Assembly: GCA_036172245.1 (NCBI GenBank)
Contig: JAYWIR010000067.1
Location: forward strand, 372,001 to 436,000
Length of the DNA stretch: 64,000 nt
Direction: 5' to 3'
Origin: Raillietiella orientalis
Taxonomy: Eukaryota
Below are positions 1 to 13,010 of the stretch, piece by piece. The notes under the pieces are model-generated. The model saw only the letters and a program-made list of their open reading frames with translations. It made no database searches and was not told the origin of the DNA. Each line of letters opens with the position of its first letter. Within the stretch, counting starts at the first letter, position 1. The position numbers and the translations under genes are program-made.

Positions 1-559
1 CTTTCAGTTCCTTCTGCGCATGAACAAGTTTCCTCTACAGGTGTCGTAGGATCGTTTTCTGTTCCATTGGGCACAGGTCTTGACATCAAAAAAAAATGGC
101 ACAGTGGTCTTCAAAAGTCTCCGTAATCTCATCCGGAGTGTGCCGAACCTCCTGTCGAAATTCTAATACAAAGATATCGGTGGTGATATTCTTTTTTTCT
201 TGCATACCAATCTCTCCTTTTCCGTTGCGAAATACGTATCGCCTCTCGTACTGTTCTCAGTATCTTAAGGGGGAGCGATATTCAGTGTTGAGCTTTCGGT
301 ACGCTTCTTGTCTCATCTTCCTGCATCCAAACTGCAAGTTGCCGGACATGTGGATCGTATGCTCCGTTCTGTCCCACACTGTCGACGTAGAGGATGGTGG
401 TGTACTGTAGAATAGTTTCGGCGAGTTGCTGGTGGCTAAGAAGTGTTTCGAACCAGGAGGAAAAGGTGAGTAGTGCTATTCTTGTGTCTATTCCCTTGTC
501 TCAAGTCCGGTGGACACCCGCAGCATTCCGCACGGACACCGCGGTTTGGGTTCAGACGG

Positions 560-710
560 ATGAAACAAACAAGAAAGGGAAGAGGTGAGAAAAGCAAGAG
601 GAGGTGAGGAAGGGAAGAGGAAGAGACGAGGAAGAATGGAAAAGGAGAAGGAAGGGAGGAAAAGGAAGAAAGGGAGGGAGGAAGAGGAGGAAGGGGAGAA
701 AATGGGTTAT
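560..710. repeat. GA-rich low-complexity polypurine tract
   Basis: About 150 nt almost entirely of A/G (GGAAGA/GGAAA-type units) on the + strand. Confidence 0.8.
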
Positions 711-789
711 GAGTGAGTCCACGCTAGAGAGTGAGTCCACCTTTGTTTCCGAGGGTTTGCAGTTTTCAGGGTGAACCGCACCAGGAGAT

Positions 790-2390
790 GGTCTCACAAC
801 AGGGACCGCGTGTCGCGGAATCCCTGTTGGCGAGTTCTTGGATGTACAGGACGTGATCGAGCGACTTTAGTTGTAAGCCACAGCAGTCTAAAGTCGTCAG
901 ACAGCTGCTGATACGATATCCTGCCTTGGGCATCGGTGCACTGGGAGACCGTATCCAGGAAGTGGACAATGTCTTTCGATGTGGCCTTGCTGCGCAGAAC
1001 GTTCTGCATTGCCTCCACACACCGGTGTTTTCCTCGGTGTGGTCCGTACACGTTCACCAGGAAGAGGTGAATGCTTCTAGACCCGGACATGCGAAGTCCG
1101 ACGATACGACTGGGCTACGGGGAAAAGGTTTCCAGTATGCTGTGGGCTAACTTGTTCTTCACGAGGATCGCGACTTCTTTCGTTTCCTTTTCTCTCGGGC
1201 TCAGGAACAGCATTGCGTTCAGTGGCCAGTCGAGTTTCAGACAGATCTCTTGCCCTGTCTCCTGGATTTCCTGAAGACACGCGATGTCGTCACGCTGTAT
1301 GCTCCGCGTGATCCTTCTCCTCTTGTTCTGGCTACACATGCCGTTGATATTCCCGAAAGCGATTCTAATGCTCCTGTAGGATCACAGGAAGAAAGCCATC
1401 GAGGATTATCGAACAGATTTGATCTTATTCTTTTTCTGCTTGGGAGAAGTCCATCCCATGCTTCCAGCAGATTCTTCGTTGCCGACGTCGCTTTAGGACT
1501 CGACGAAATCGGTTCTGTCGATAATATTCTCTTTTCCTCGAGCTTCAAGAATAGCACGAGTTATTTTCCCTGCGGGAGACAAGGACCGTTTGTTCTTCTC
1601 GAAGAATTTACGCTTCGCCATGTTTAGGACGTCTTCCAACTGTAGTCTTAATCTTTAATGCACTATCATGCTTTGCATTTTGTTCAGGAGCGTGGAGACT
1701 CCAAGCAGAGTCTCGTTCCGCTCTTCCTGCATGTTGTCCGGAAGGATCGTTGTGGCTGGTGTAGCTGTTTTCCTTTCTAGCTCCTTTGCCTGTTGTTCCT
1801 CTTCCTCGGTCACGCCGCTGTGCGTCGATGCTATTGAAGGAGGAGGAAGCTCTTCTTTCTTCGGTTTCCTCTGTTCTTCTGTTTCTTTTTCAGGTCTTCG
1901 ATGTGGGCCAGCTCGTTCCTGTTACCGTTGTTCCTGTTCTTGCACGGCAAGTAGCAAGGGTAGTTCTTTTGTGACTAGCCACGCTACAAGTCGTCTGTAT
2001 TCTCGCTTGGTATGTGCTGATTATTTGCCGTAGCAGCACAGTGGTGCAATCTCGAATAAAGTGGCCCTGCTGGCCACACTTGAAACAGCATTCCTACGGG
2101 CATGTGCTGATTCGATGGCCGAACTCTTTGCACCCTGAGCAGAAGGTGGGCTGCAGCCGGTACCTTACCTTCACATTTTGCGAGTGATCGTCGATGAAAA
2201 CTTCCACTGGTATCTTGACATCATCCAACAGTTTGATTCGAACCATTGCTTTGTTCGCGAAGATCTCTTCCATATTATTGCGGAACATAACCTTCTGGAA
2301 TTTGCCATACTGGGAAAGGAAGTCCCAGATGTCCTCTTGATGGATGTTTCCACGCGGTCACGTGATGGCGTTCACTGATAACAATGAACT
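790..2390 (-). mobile_element. Decayed non-LTR retrotransposon 5' part: ORF1 (CCHC zinc knuckle) followed by APE endonuclease
   Basis: ORF 2094-2288(-) ends in CSGCKEFGHRISTC (CX2CX4HX4C). Further along the same strand are NINGM...IACLQE...EVAILV (around 1350-1115) and LVNVYGP (794-1090), which are APE motifs of LINE ORF2. In-frame stops are present. Confidence 0.85.
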
Positions 2391-2399
2391 TACAACCCT

Positions 2400-2824
2400 T
2401 CCAGGTAATGTTTGCAGCCCCATCACGGCCGATTCTACAGTGGACCGGCTGGGCTCACCTCAGAGGAGGATGGGGAAAAAAAGTAAGAAGAATAAAATAA
2501 AAATGAATGAGAACAATCTGAAGGACCAGGAAGGGATTACCTCTCACTCGAGGGAGTCCTCTGCATCCTATCCAGGATACCGGAGAGGTCCGTCCGTATA
2601 CTGCGCAGGTGGGGCCCTCTGGTCGCTATCCGCAGAAAGAGAACTGCAAACTGGACGGCGTCCCTCCCGTTTCTTCCTCTGCCGGCTTCGCTCCAGGCCA
2701 CCAGAATCCCGTAAATGCAGAAAAATGCTGCTAGGGCTGCGGCTGGCTGCAGGGCGTTCCGCACAAAGAGGAGCCATGAAACGTCTCTGGGGGTGCCAAC
2801 CGAGATCCGGAGGGTCGTCCCCAA
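2400..2824 (-). mobile_element. LINE 3' fragment (ORF2 C-terminus plus T-rich 3' UTR)
   Basis: ORF 2537-2824(-) (LFVRNALQPAAALAAFFCIYGILVAW...GPHL) is homologous to the ORF2 C-termini at 32209-32532(+), 37943-38563(-) and 59090-59755(-). Confidence 0.75.
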
Positions 2825-2829
2825 ATGCT

Positions 2830-3050
2830 CCCACAGGGGTCGGAGGACAACCCAGTCCTCTAGAGATGCGGCCTCCTGCGCCCTCCCACTTCTTTTATTT
2901 ATCTTTCATTTTTTGTTTTTCTTTTTGTTTATACCACCCTTCCTCTGCTGCCGAGGTGGACCGCATCGGTCTGCGAACCGGTGATCCGGCAGACTTGGAT
3001 CACCTAGCGCGTGGCTGGACCACTGGCTGAACCTGCTGTGCAGGTTCCCG
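2830..3050 (+). mobile_element. LINE 3' UTR fragment with the conserved structured module
   Basis: T-rich tract, then CTGCCGAGGTGGACCGCATCGGTCTGCGAACCGGTGATCCGGCAG (2948-2992), nearly identical to 32610-32654, then GCGTGGCTGGACCACTGG as in that copy. Confidence 0.75.
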
Positions 3051-3559
3051 TCCATACTCCGTGGGGACTGTATTAGAAAGACTTTCTCTTGTGTTTCCTG
3101 CTTCTTCTTAGAGACAGTTCGAAACTGTTGGAAGCGATTAGAGAAACAGGATCCTGCCTAATTTTTTTTTCCCCTCCCCCCTCTCTTTTTCCGTCTTCCG
3201 GAGACCTGGCTGGACTCTTCCAGAGTGGGCGTGCTAGTGCAGCCCTGCTAGATCTCGCTTTCTACTTATCCTTAGGTGATTCCTTACTCTCTTGTAAATG
3301 AACAGCTATCGCCGGAAATGCAGCTTCGTTGCTTCCTGAATCTCTTGCAGAAATCGAATCTGCATGTAGCCCGCATGATTTTTCATGAATTCTTTGAACT
3401 CCTGTGATCGCTGCAGACTGGTGACTCGGGTGGTGAAATTTCACAAGCAGTCTAACAGACTATTAGTGACTTGCTTAGGGGATGAAGCACGAAAGAGGGT
3501 TGTGATGTCCACAGATTTTGTAAAATGTTTTATTCGAGAGAATGAACGCCCCGGCGCGC

Positions 3560-3800
3560 CGAGTGAGGATCTAGAGGTGCAGGACCTCCGCACTTGCGAC
3601 AGTCCGAACTCACCCTCCCTAGCGTTCAGTGTTGGTGTGAGTTGCAGAAAAGACCCCAGTGCAACAGCAGAAGTGCCGACTCCTGCCACTTCAATGGGAG
3701 GGTGCTGCTGTTCTTGAGCACTGGGGACCACTCCAGGTCTCCTCTAGGAATACTGAGCAGCTCGCCCAGAGCTGTAATCCTCGTAGAAGGGCACTCGAGA
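3560..3800 (-). mobile_element. LINE ORF2 fragment reaching the C-terminal zinc finger
   Basis: Minus strand reads KWQESALLLLHWGLFCNSHQH*TLGRVSSDCRKCG, matching WQDTALLVLHWGLL...HCAECG in 59090-59755(-) and DNA at about 31980-32200(+). Confidence 0.7.
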
Positions 3801-3807
3801 CCGGGCT

Positions 3808-5100
3808 TTGCCTAGGGAAGATCGCGGAGTCCTTGGTAAGTCCGGAACAGACTTATACTGTTTCCGAGAGGTCCGGGGATATCAATCTACTTTTCTCGTG
3901 CACCTGGCTGCAGTTGCGGCGACGCGTTGCACAGCAAAACCTGTCAGCCGAAAGAGCCGCTGTCGCAGGCAAGTGTTGGTGTTTATGGCCAGAGGGAAGC
4001 TGGATGCCTTGATAGTCACGGTCGATCTCCCCAAGGCGTCAGACTGCGTCAATCAGGAGCTTCTTCTGAAGCTCTTGGAACATCTTGGTCTTCCGGCTTA
4101 CCTCATCGCCTACTTGCACTCCTGCTGAAGCCATGCGTTATGTTGCGTCTCTTCCAGCGGCTGTCTTGTGTACCGCATACCGGTACGGCGGGGCATCAGG
4201 CAGGAAGACATCCCAAACCCTTTGCTTTTCAGTATCTTCTTCGAGTTGGTGCTGAAGGAGTACGGGCTGATGCTCTCCATCTTGCCGAGCTTCTGTCCAT
4301 ATACTAGAGCCTTGGCTGCCTACATAGATGACCTGCTTCTGCTGTTGTCCATGTCAACCCCGACGGCTAGTCTCCAGGATCTCTTCGAGCTGATTCATCA
4401 GGGAGCGGGCGTGCGCGTGAGTCTCTTGCAGCCGGCCTCCCACCGCAGAATGGTGCGAGCGGGGAGGCGAGTCTTCGGAAGTGGAGCTGCATCAGCCCCA
4501 TCCTTCGCAAGGGGAGGATGCTAAACCTGGCATCCCCTCGTGAGGCAGCAATGTTTCTTGAAGCGGACTCTGTTCTGAATCCACGGCAGGTGAAGAGTGT
4601 GGCTGGACAGTTCGCGCATCTTGGTTGTTCATTCATACAACAGGAACTTTAATGAGCGGACTGCAGAGTGCTTCACTTTCGTCGCCTCCTTCCCTAGATG
4701 CCTGCTTTTCTGTCCGCTTTCAACGCCTTTCTCTGCCAGACGAAGGGGTGCTGGAATCCCCGTGGGGCTTCAGGGGACCACTGGTTTGGTTCAGGGTCAC
4801 TGTAACCCCGCTTCGAAATTTCGGACTGGAAACCCTGACCATGTTGCGAATGAACCTGCAGATAAATTTCGGAAGACTCGCCTGCTGGCACAACATCGGT
4901 GTCTTCCTGATGCGCCATATGCTGAAGCGTGCTGTTGGTTGCGAGGGCCTGGCATTCCTGCTTCTGCTCAACTGCCGTAGGATGAAGCAATTTGTCTTCT
5001 CGTTGTGAGTGACCTTCTTGCTAGAGAAGTATCTTTGGATCTGTTTCAGGTTCACGAATCGCACCGCATGGCTTCAGAAAGCCTCAGATGCCTGTGCTTA
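3808..5100 (+). mobile_element. Decayed LINE reverse transcriptase domain
   Basis: VDLPKASDCVNQELLLKLLEHLGLP (DxxKAFDxV), RRGIRQEDIPNPLLFSIFFELVL (GxRQGxPLSPxLF) and AAYIDDLLL (YxDD) appear in order, broken by stops and frameshifts. Confidence 0.85.
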
Positions 5101-5257
5101 GATGTCTTCATGTATTCCCCCGTAAGAGCTGTGCCGTCACTGTTCCTTTTGGGGTAGCTCCCCTGTTGAAAGCCAAACGATAGGGATCTCGTATCCAGAA
5201 TATGTTTGTCTCCAGCGCCGTCTTCTGTAACAATATATTATATAATATATTTGTATA

Positions 5258-5392
5258 TAATATATTATCCTTTAGGATAAAATAATATATTATCCTTAGG
5301 ATAATATAATATATTATCCTAAAGATATATTATTAGATTATATCATTATCCTAAGGATAATATATTATTTTATCCTAAAGGATAATATATTA
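5258..5392. repeat. AT-rich foldback: perfect 48-bp inverted repeats around a 39-nt spacer
   Basis: 5258-5305 (TAATATATTATCCTTTAGGATAAAATAATATATTATCCTTAGGATAAT) is the exact reverse complement of 5345-5392. Confidence 0.9.
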
Positions 5393-7711
5393 CATATTAA
5401 TAATGAATGATTGTTATAAAAAACATTTGGGGTTTAGTATAAATCAAGGAATATTTTAGTGATCAGGTCTACACGAGTGAAGCCGAAGGATGGATTTTTC
5501 TGCACAGTTGCCCGAGAAACAAACTCCAGAGTGCATGAATGGCTAGCCTGCTTGAGGACGCGGTTATACTGAGTGCGTGGTTCTGTGGAATTGTCCAGTG
5601 TCCATTGGACCTTGTTTAAAATGGACTTTTTAGACAGGTTCAGAGCATGCGACGTTGAATTTACCTGATGAGTAATGGCTTGAAAATTAAAAAAGTGAAA
5701 ACGCGTCTCTTTAGAAAAAGATCGGTATCTTTCTGATTCAAGATATCAAGAAATGATGTCTTGGACCAAACACTCGGATATCTTACTGCATTACCTAAGA
5801 GCACTTACACCTTAATGAAGTAAGCGACGTTTAGACCAAGAAAAGTCAGTGAATAACTTGCTAATACCTGAATGTTTCAAGGACTCCTCTATAGCAACAC
5901 TCAATTGACAAGGGACAAACCTTTTAGTCTTCTGAAAAAGAATGAGTACAAGAAGTCTGACTCTGCATCTGCACAATCTCACTCGCGAGACTCCTTTGAG
6001 AATACTGATGTATAAGGCTCTTCCCACAGGTCAGGGTATCTTATTGCACGTCAGCGACCCTGCATCCTGCCTCCATGTCCTTCGGCCAGCAGTGTGACAC
6101 CCTAGGCTTTCCGGAGCCGAGACTTCTCCATCTGGAGAGGCTAAACTAAATGAGATCGTAAAGCAGCCTCAAAATGCCCGCCTTCTTCGACCGCTGCTAC
6201 AGATGACGTTAGCCAAAAAAAACATTGCTGTTGCATGCGCACTGGCACTTTCCCTTCATCTGAGAAGATGACGTCACACAGTGCAGTGCTGCAAAGAACA
6301 GTACAAGACAAATGCGTACAAAATATTATCAAGTCTAAAACAAAACCATTAGCTTTTCTCCGCGTCCAATGATTAGCGCTCTAGATGCATCCCGAGCCAC
6401 TACTGTCACACTACGTTTGCGTCCAAGAATCTCAAAGAAGGTTTGCAATAAAGAGGGCTTTGTTATACGAATATACTGCTTTTTTTGGATTCTCCACTTT
6501 GATACTTTCCTTAGCTGTACCTTGACTGGTAGGACTCGCACTACTGCTTTTCGCATGGCAGCACTCTGCCTTCCGAAAAGGACTTACCTGAAGAAGGATC
6601 TTTGTAGTAGGGCCACCCAGGAAGCACGGCGCATATACATGGAGCCTATTAGTCACAAGATAGTGCCCCATTTGCATCACAGAGATATCAGTGCGATGCC
6701 AGGCAGCTCTCAGCCGAGGTTCACTACCCATCCTCTAGCCTGAATCGGTCATGGAACCACTTTCAGGGAGCCATCATGGCCGAGCATGAACTCTTGCTGG
6801 AAGATGAACACCAAATATCCTCAACGGGAACCAAAGCCCGGACTGCTATACTTTTTCTCTGGTGAATACTGTTTCAGTAATGTACACCGTGCATACTTGC
6901 CCATGCCAGTGTACCTTATGCAAGGAACCATGTTACCAGCACCTGGCCATAAAGTCTTTTGTCAAAGAAAAACGAACTGAAACTTTAATCGGTGTCGAAG
7001 TTGTGACGTTTTCATTCGAAGATCAGAATGTTTCTGGAGATAGAGGGCCGTTTATTTTAAGAGAACTTTTCGTGTTTCTAATAAAGTCAGCGCGCATTAC
7101 AAATAAGGTAATAAAGGTGCATATACAAATTATCTGGATCATTGAACCATGAGAATAGAAGCTGTTTGTAGCATGCACTGAGCATTTCTATTTTTTCAAG
7201 TAGCGGCAAAAATCACTTGGTCCGTGGTGCTCTTCATTTATGAAATGATGTGAGTAACTTCTTTGCTGGCTCTGTTTGTCAGCCTTAAAATTGATCCATC
7301 AAAGTAGGTATCGAAAAGTTGAGCTCTAAACAAGCCCTCCACTCTTGCTACATCACATGCTCGCGTACAGTGAGCTCTTTATGATGCTGAAACAAATGTT
7401 TCAAGTCTGAAAACTGAGCAAAAACGGGTAACCATTCCATCACACAGCTTATCTCCATCGAATAATTTCGACGGAGCCATCCAATATCCATCACTTGCAA
7501 TCGCCAACGGCAGTGCAGCGACTTGAGGATTCAAAGGGTTGCAGTGGGAGCACAGATAATTTGAATTGGAATCCTTATTTCTAGAATTTCTGGTGCACGA
7601 GGGGTGATTTGGTCCACACCGTAAACAGTGGTCTACTGTTTTCATCGCATAACACAAAAACGGAATAATGAGAAATACCAATAAGCTGGAAAAACCAAAG
7701 GATAGCCAATA

Positions 7712-9682
7712 ATGATAGCCATTTCAAGAAAAACTCGAAAAGAAAAGAAAGATGGAAAGGCTACTCTGACAAAATTTTATATCCGAGATCAACTTTTATT
7801 AAAAGAAGTAGGTTAGGTATGCATACTTGTATGAATGGTAGATCTTGCATAAATATTAAGCGTGTTAAATGAATGTGGAAATTGGAACTTAAGGATGCTA
7901 ATTTTTTACGTTCAGTTACAAGAAATTGAGGAACATCTTCCAAACACGTGCAAGTTGATGTTTGATGATCCCAATCAGTTACATGAATTTTTCTTGTTTG
8001 TTACACCAGAGGAAGGATTTTGGTCTGGGGGAAAATTCAAATTTCACATATTTGTCACAGAGGACTATAACATTGCTGTAAGCATCTTATCAGAATCATC
8101 ATTCAGATAGTTTAAAGCATGTAGATTGAAGTGTTTTAATTATCTTTGAATGCAGTTTGAAGTAGGTTTGAAGAGGATGATGACATTCTGAGAATTATAA
8201 GCATTTGTTTTATGATGCAAAATGATTCAGTTTATTTTTGATTTGTTCTGTTGCATTCTCTTAATTCTGTAATCCAAAAAGCTTTGCTGTTAATATTTCA
8301 TTATTACTTCGAGAATGACTATAAGGCATCAGGTATTCAAGAATTTGTGCTTTTCAACTCAAGAAAATGAATGTATTGATGGAAATTGCGAAATAAATAA
8401 TGAATAGAGCTTCTAAAAGTTGAGTCTCATTGAAACTGCTGTGTTGGGGAAAAAGTTGAAATTGCCAAATGATAGAATAATTGACTTTAAATAAATGCTT
8501 TGAAAAATTGTATCTTCTATTGAGCACTGAAATGAGAATTGTCTTATTCAATTGGGTCATTATTAAGTTTTAATTACCTATACACTTAATATACACAATA
8601 TGTTAATGCTGTAGTTAAGTGTTTAGCATCTTCTCAGCCAGGAATAAGAGACAAAATAATCTTCTATATTGAATAAATGCTCAAAGACTTCTGCTCACAT
8701 TTAAAAATCACAGATGTCTGAAACTCCAAAACTTCTTTTAGAAAACGAACGTGCACAATGGTTTTAAAATTCTGTATTTTAATTGACAGCTTGGATTTGT
8801 TGTCATTGTAAAAGATGACAGTGGCATAATTATGAGTATATTAAATTTTTGTTGTCATAAATTTGGAGCAAATTACATTATCATGGAAAACGCTTGCACA
8901 GTAATTTTTTATTATATTCCTAACAGAAGAAATTTGTGAACATGATTCATTATATTTCTCAACTTTTGATGCAGATTCATGAATCTGTTGTGCTTGTATA
9001 CATGTGTTTCTATTTTGATGTGCATTTTTGAACAGGTTTCTAAATAACCCAAGGAAAAATTGAATAACAATTTAAGCATTTTGAATCCCAAATGAGGGAA
9101 AGCTACATTTAACAATGGTTAAAACAAAACGTGCGTACTGTATTTTATCAAGAATTTACCAACCCTAAGTACAAATATTGATAGCATCATTTCTGATATA
9201 GATTGGAAAGAATTGAGATTCTTTTTTCTGTGCATATAATACTTCTGATTATGTCCAGTTATTTTGCATTTCTTGTATGGTCTATTCAAAAATGTATTTA
9301 TAAGGGTATAAATAATGTAAGTCTCTGCAAATGCATAAAAATTTTTGTTATATTTTAGCCACCACGTGTAGAATGTTTGACAAAATTATGGCATCCAAAT
9401 ATTAGTGAAGAAGGAGAAGTATGTTTAAGTGTTCTAAGACAGAGTCCTTTAGATGGTATGGGCTGGGCTCCCACAAGGGGGTTAAAAGATGTTGTATGGG
9501 GATTGAATTCTCTTTTCACAGTAAGTTTATAAACACATACAATAAGATAAGCATTACTGGTATAGGATCTTCTGAATTTTGATGACCCTCTGAACACTGA
9601 AGCTGCTGAACAATACAAACGGGAGAGTGAGTTGTTCCAATCCCAAGTAAAAGATTATATTGCCCAGTTTGCTCGGAAGTAA
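7712..9682 (+). CDS. UBE2F: NEDD8-conjugating enzyme UBE2F, 4 exons, 178 aa
   Basis: Exons 7712-7807, 7916-8077, 9359-9520, 9566-9682, all GT-AG and phase 0. Protein contains [41 protein letters not shown] (catalytic Cys), [30 protein letters not shown]. Confidence 0.95.
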
Positions 9683-12639
9683 TATGAAAAATTATATAGT
9701 GAGTACACATACAGTGGAGTCAGAATTCTTTAGCAATGGATAATCTAAGATATGTTTCATTCTCAGAATGTACCTTTGAAAATTCAGCAATTATGTTTCC
9801 AAATTTTCAGTCTGTCTTTTTAATATTTTATGTAGTTCAGCTTCGAAATTTATCAGGCTATTTTAGGGACTCATTTATCCCTGTATTTGTTTTGATAATT
9901 TTATTTTCTGTCGTTCTAATTCAGAGCTTCCGCAAATGTATTTAAAAAAATTTGAAGTTTTATGTTTTTTTCTGATGAGATGAATTTCTGAAATATTTTT
10001 TAGTTGTTTGCACAGTCTTGTAACATCCACATTTCATGTATTCTAGCATGATCGAATATTTTTGATAAAAGAATAAGAACCATTAATGGTTTGACTAATG
10101 CATCTGTAAGATAATATCTATATTATATTTTGTATTTATATTATTGAAAGTGGTAAATCTTGTTCATGTGGCTATTGAAAATTCCTATATGTAAATTGGT
10201 AACATTCGAAATACAATCTTCAATTATATAATGTGACCTAATTTTCCAAGTTCTTGATTTCAAGCATTGCAGAATATAAATTTAGTTTTTTGATCATTAA
10301 TAGACAAGGTCATATGTGTAACACCATGTAACCATAGAAAGCAAACTTGTATGAATTGATAATGCTTATAGTTGTAAATGATGTATTAGATATATCTTAC
10401 AATTGTCATGTTTTATTTCTTATTTTAATCTTCAGTTTTCTTGTGATTGATTTCTTTGGATTGTACAGCTGTAATCCACAAATATTTCAGAATGAAAAAT
10501 GATGACAGCAGATCATAAATATTGAATTTCTGATCCAGTTGCACTGTTTTGGGTTGAGTTTATTCAGGTAGATGAAATTCATCTGCCATTCTTCTGGTGG
10601 CAGTCAAGAATCGGAAAACTGATTGAATGTGATTGTTTTCACGAAGCAACTACCTTACAAATGTGTATCAAATGAAAACTAGATACCATAATTGACTTGA
10701 ATACCCACAGCTTCACATCATCACTATTAAGGAAATGAATTCACTTAATACTTATTGCTTATTCAGTTTTTTATCATTAGGAATATCAACTTATGCGCTG
10801 CTTTACATTACAATGCCTATGCTTTTCGTAATCCAGTAATATATCATTTTGTATCCAGTGATTCATCAAGATAGTTAAGATGTTTGATTAGGCAGCTTCA
10901 TAGGAAGAAATGTGTAAGACAATCTGAAGCAAAAGCTTAAAAGTGTGGTTTCCTTACATGTATTGTGAGGGGCTCTTAAAATTACAATTGAGTAGATTGA
11001 ACTAGTCTTTGGATCGTTTGTGTGTGTTCAGTTGTGTTCTTAATCCCATGTCAGAATGGTATGGAATAGGTCGTAATAGACCTTAACCGTGAGCTATCTA
11101 TTCAGCATGGAAATCAGGGCAATAGTGCACAATGACACTGCATTTTCGGTCTCATGACTTTCGATGCCATAAATTTGCTTTTCGGCCGTTTCAACTCTGT
11201 CGGTCTTCACAGTTCTTCATGTCTGCACATTGCAACTACCTGGGATAGTAACAAATTACCTGTATCATGATTCCAAATTATCTCCGGCACTTCGAGAACA
11301 GTTTTCTCGCATTACCTAAAGCAAGGTTTTACCAGAGCCTTAAAGACAGACAACAGACATGCGGTGGCGCGAGGGCGTCTTTCGGTTTGAAACTGACCGC
11401 AGCGCCGTGAAAGTTGGTCAGGATGCACGGCAGATCTCAGCAATTGGGTTCGGTCGATTTCTGAGATTCCCAAATCACTCTTCATTTCCCTTCTCCGTTC
11501 TCCTGCCGTGGATTCTCGCCTTTGAGGGTTTCATCAGAGGACGCGATGTTTGCTCCTAACAAACAACTCGTCTTCCAGCTCATGTTTGATCAGATTCATT
11601 AAGCCTGCATGATCCTATAGCTCGCCTGCTAATTTTGTTTATCCTCTCCCCACTGTTCTTTCCCCATACCCTCGACGAAGTTTACAGCTTCGATTATGCG
11701 CGAAGCCTCGTTCGTTTGCGCTTCTGGAGCTGGGTGCTCATCGAATCGCACAACCGAGGAGTTGACCTTTTCTTGCGGCGGCGGTGGCAATCTCCATGAA
11801 CCTGCATGTCTCTTCTGCACACGTTTTTGGATAGTTCGTGATTCGAAGTGTCGGCAGCATTACCTGCGAGGATATTTATAAATAAATATTATCCGTTCGT
11901 TGCATCACATTCAGGCTTAGGATTCTGCAAACGAATGTTTTTTTTTGCAATCGACAAATCCTTGAACGAGAAGCGTTTTTCGAATTGCCGTGGTAGCATT
12001 GTCCTGCCCTCATCCTGAAAAGGGCTACTAGTCCTACACTTCTGCTTTCTTTGGCTGCATGACACGTCAGAGGACTTCAACAACGCACGTTCCAGCAGAT
12101 ACAGAACTCTTCTCGAAATGGTCGAGACAAAGCTTCGGTTACATGCAACCCATCAAGGAAGAGCGCAACTGCCAGACGTTAAAATCGAACTGACTCGTGC
12201 AAGGTCAGGGTGTACTTCTCAAAGGCATGCACTGACCGGTAAAGAAAGTGTTATGATGATTTGAAGCAACGTAGTCGAAACACAGCCCACTATTTCGCCA
12301 AATAGAGTGGCTGGGCAGGGGCTTCGATCGCAATAGCTTTCAACCGGATTTCCTTAAGTATTATGAATGTTCAATTACATTTCAGAGTTCGAAAAACCCA
12401 GTAGAGGGTGGGGCCAAGAATAAATCAGTGTACGCGAAATCCATGCTGCTTGATGATTTGTCAACCAAGTTCTTACAATTGACCACTCCTTTCTCTGTTC
12501 TACTTCGGAAACGCGAACGGCTGCCTTTCAGGGGGCATTTGGTATCCTCAACATTGTACGCACTGAACTCGCGCAAAAAAATCGCACTGAAAATAGAAAT
12601 CTGTGGGTGCCTCTGAAATCTGTGGAAACTGAAGGCAAG

Positions 12640-13010
12640 ACTCGAGAGGTGCAATCCGCTGAGGACCAGGCATGTCATCACAGTGAGTGCTTCGAACACA
12701 TCAGCGCTTGAGAGCACGCCGAGTAGGAGGTCTTCCAGCAGAAACTGTGACAACAGCCGGTTCATCCTTCCGTCTTCTCATGCCAAGAGGCCAGTAAGTC
12801 ATGTCCCAGATAGATGATGGATACCGCGACACAACCTCCCCCACGCTCCCCTTACTTAACCTGACGGTTCTTTTTTCCCGGATTGCACTTTCTTCTGGAT
12901 GAAATTCACCACCATCGTCATCCTGACCGTACCTTCGAATGAAGGTAGAGAGGCATTTTGCACGAAACCGCCATTCGGGAATGTAGACGTTGACTTGCAA
13001 TCGGGGAAGT
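12640..13010 (-). mobile_element. Possible relic of LINE ORF1 (gag-like)
   Basis: VNVYIPEWRFRAKCLSTFIRRYG resembles the ORF1 RRM-like motif ending in YG. It is followed in a shifted frame by a Cys/His-rich degenerate knuckle region with stops. Weak. Confidence 0.3.

Noticed and set aside
7379..7681. Minus ORF with a LITAF-like IIPFLCYAMKTVDHC string
   Set aside because: Only a short resemblance, no upstream CxxC half, and it overlaps the UBE2F 5' region.
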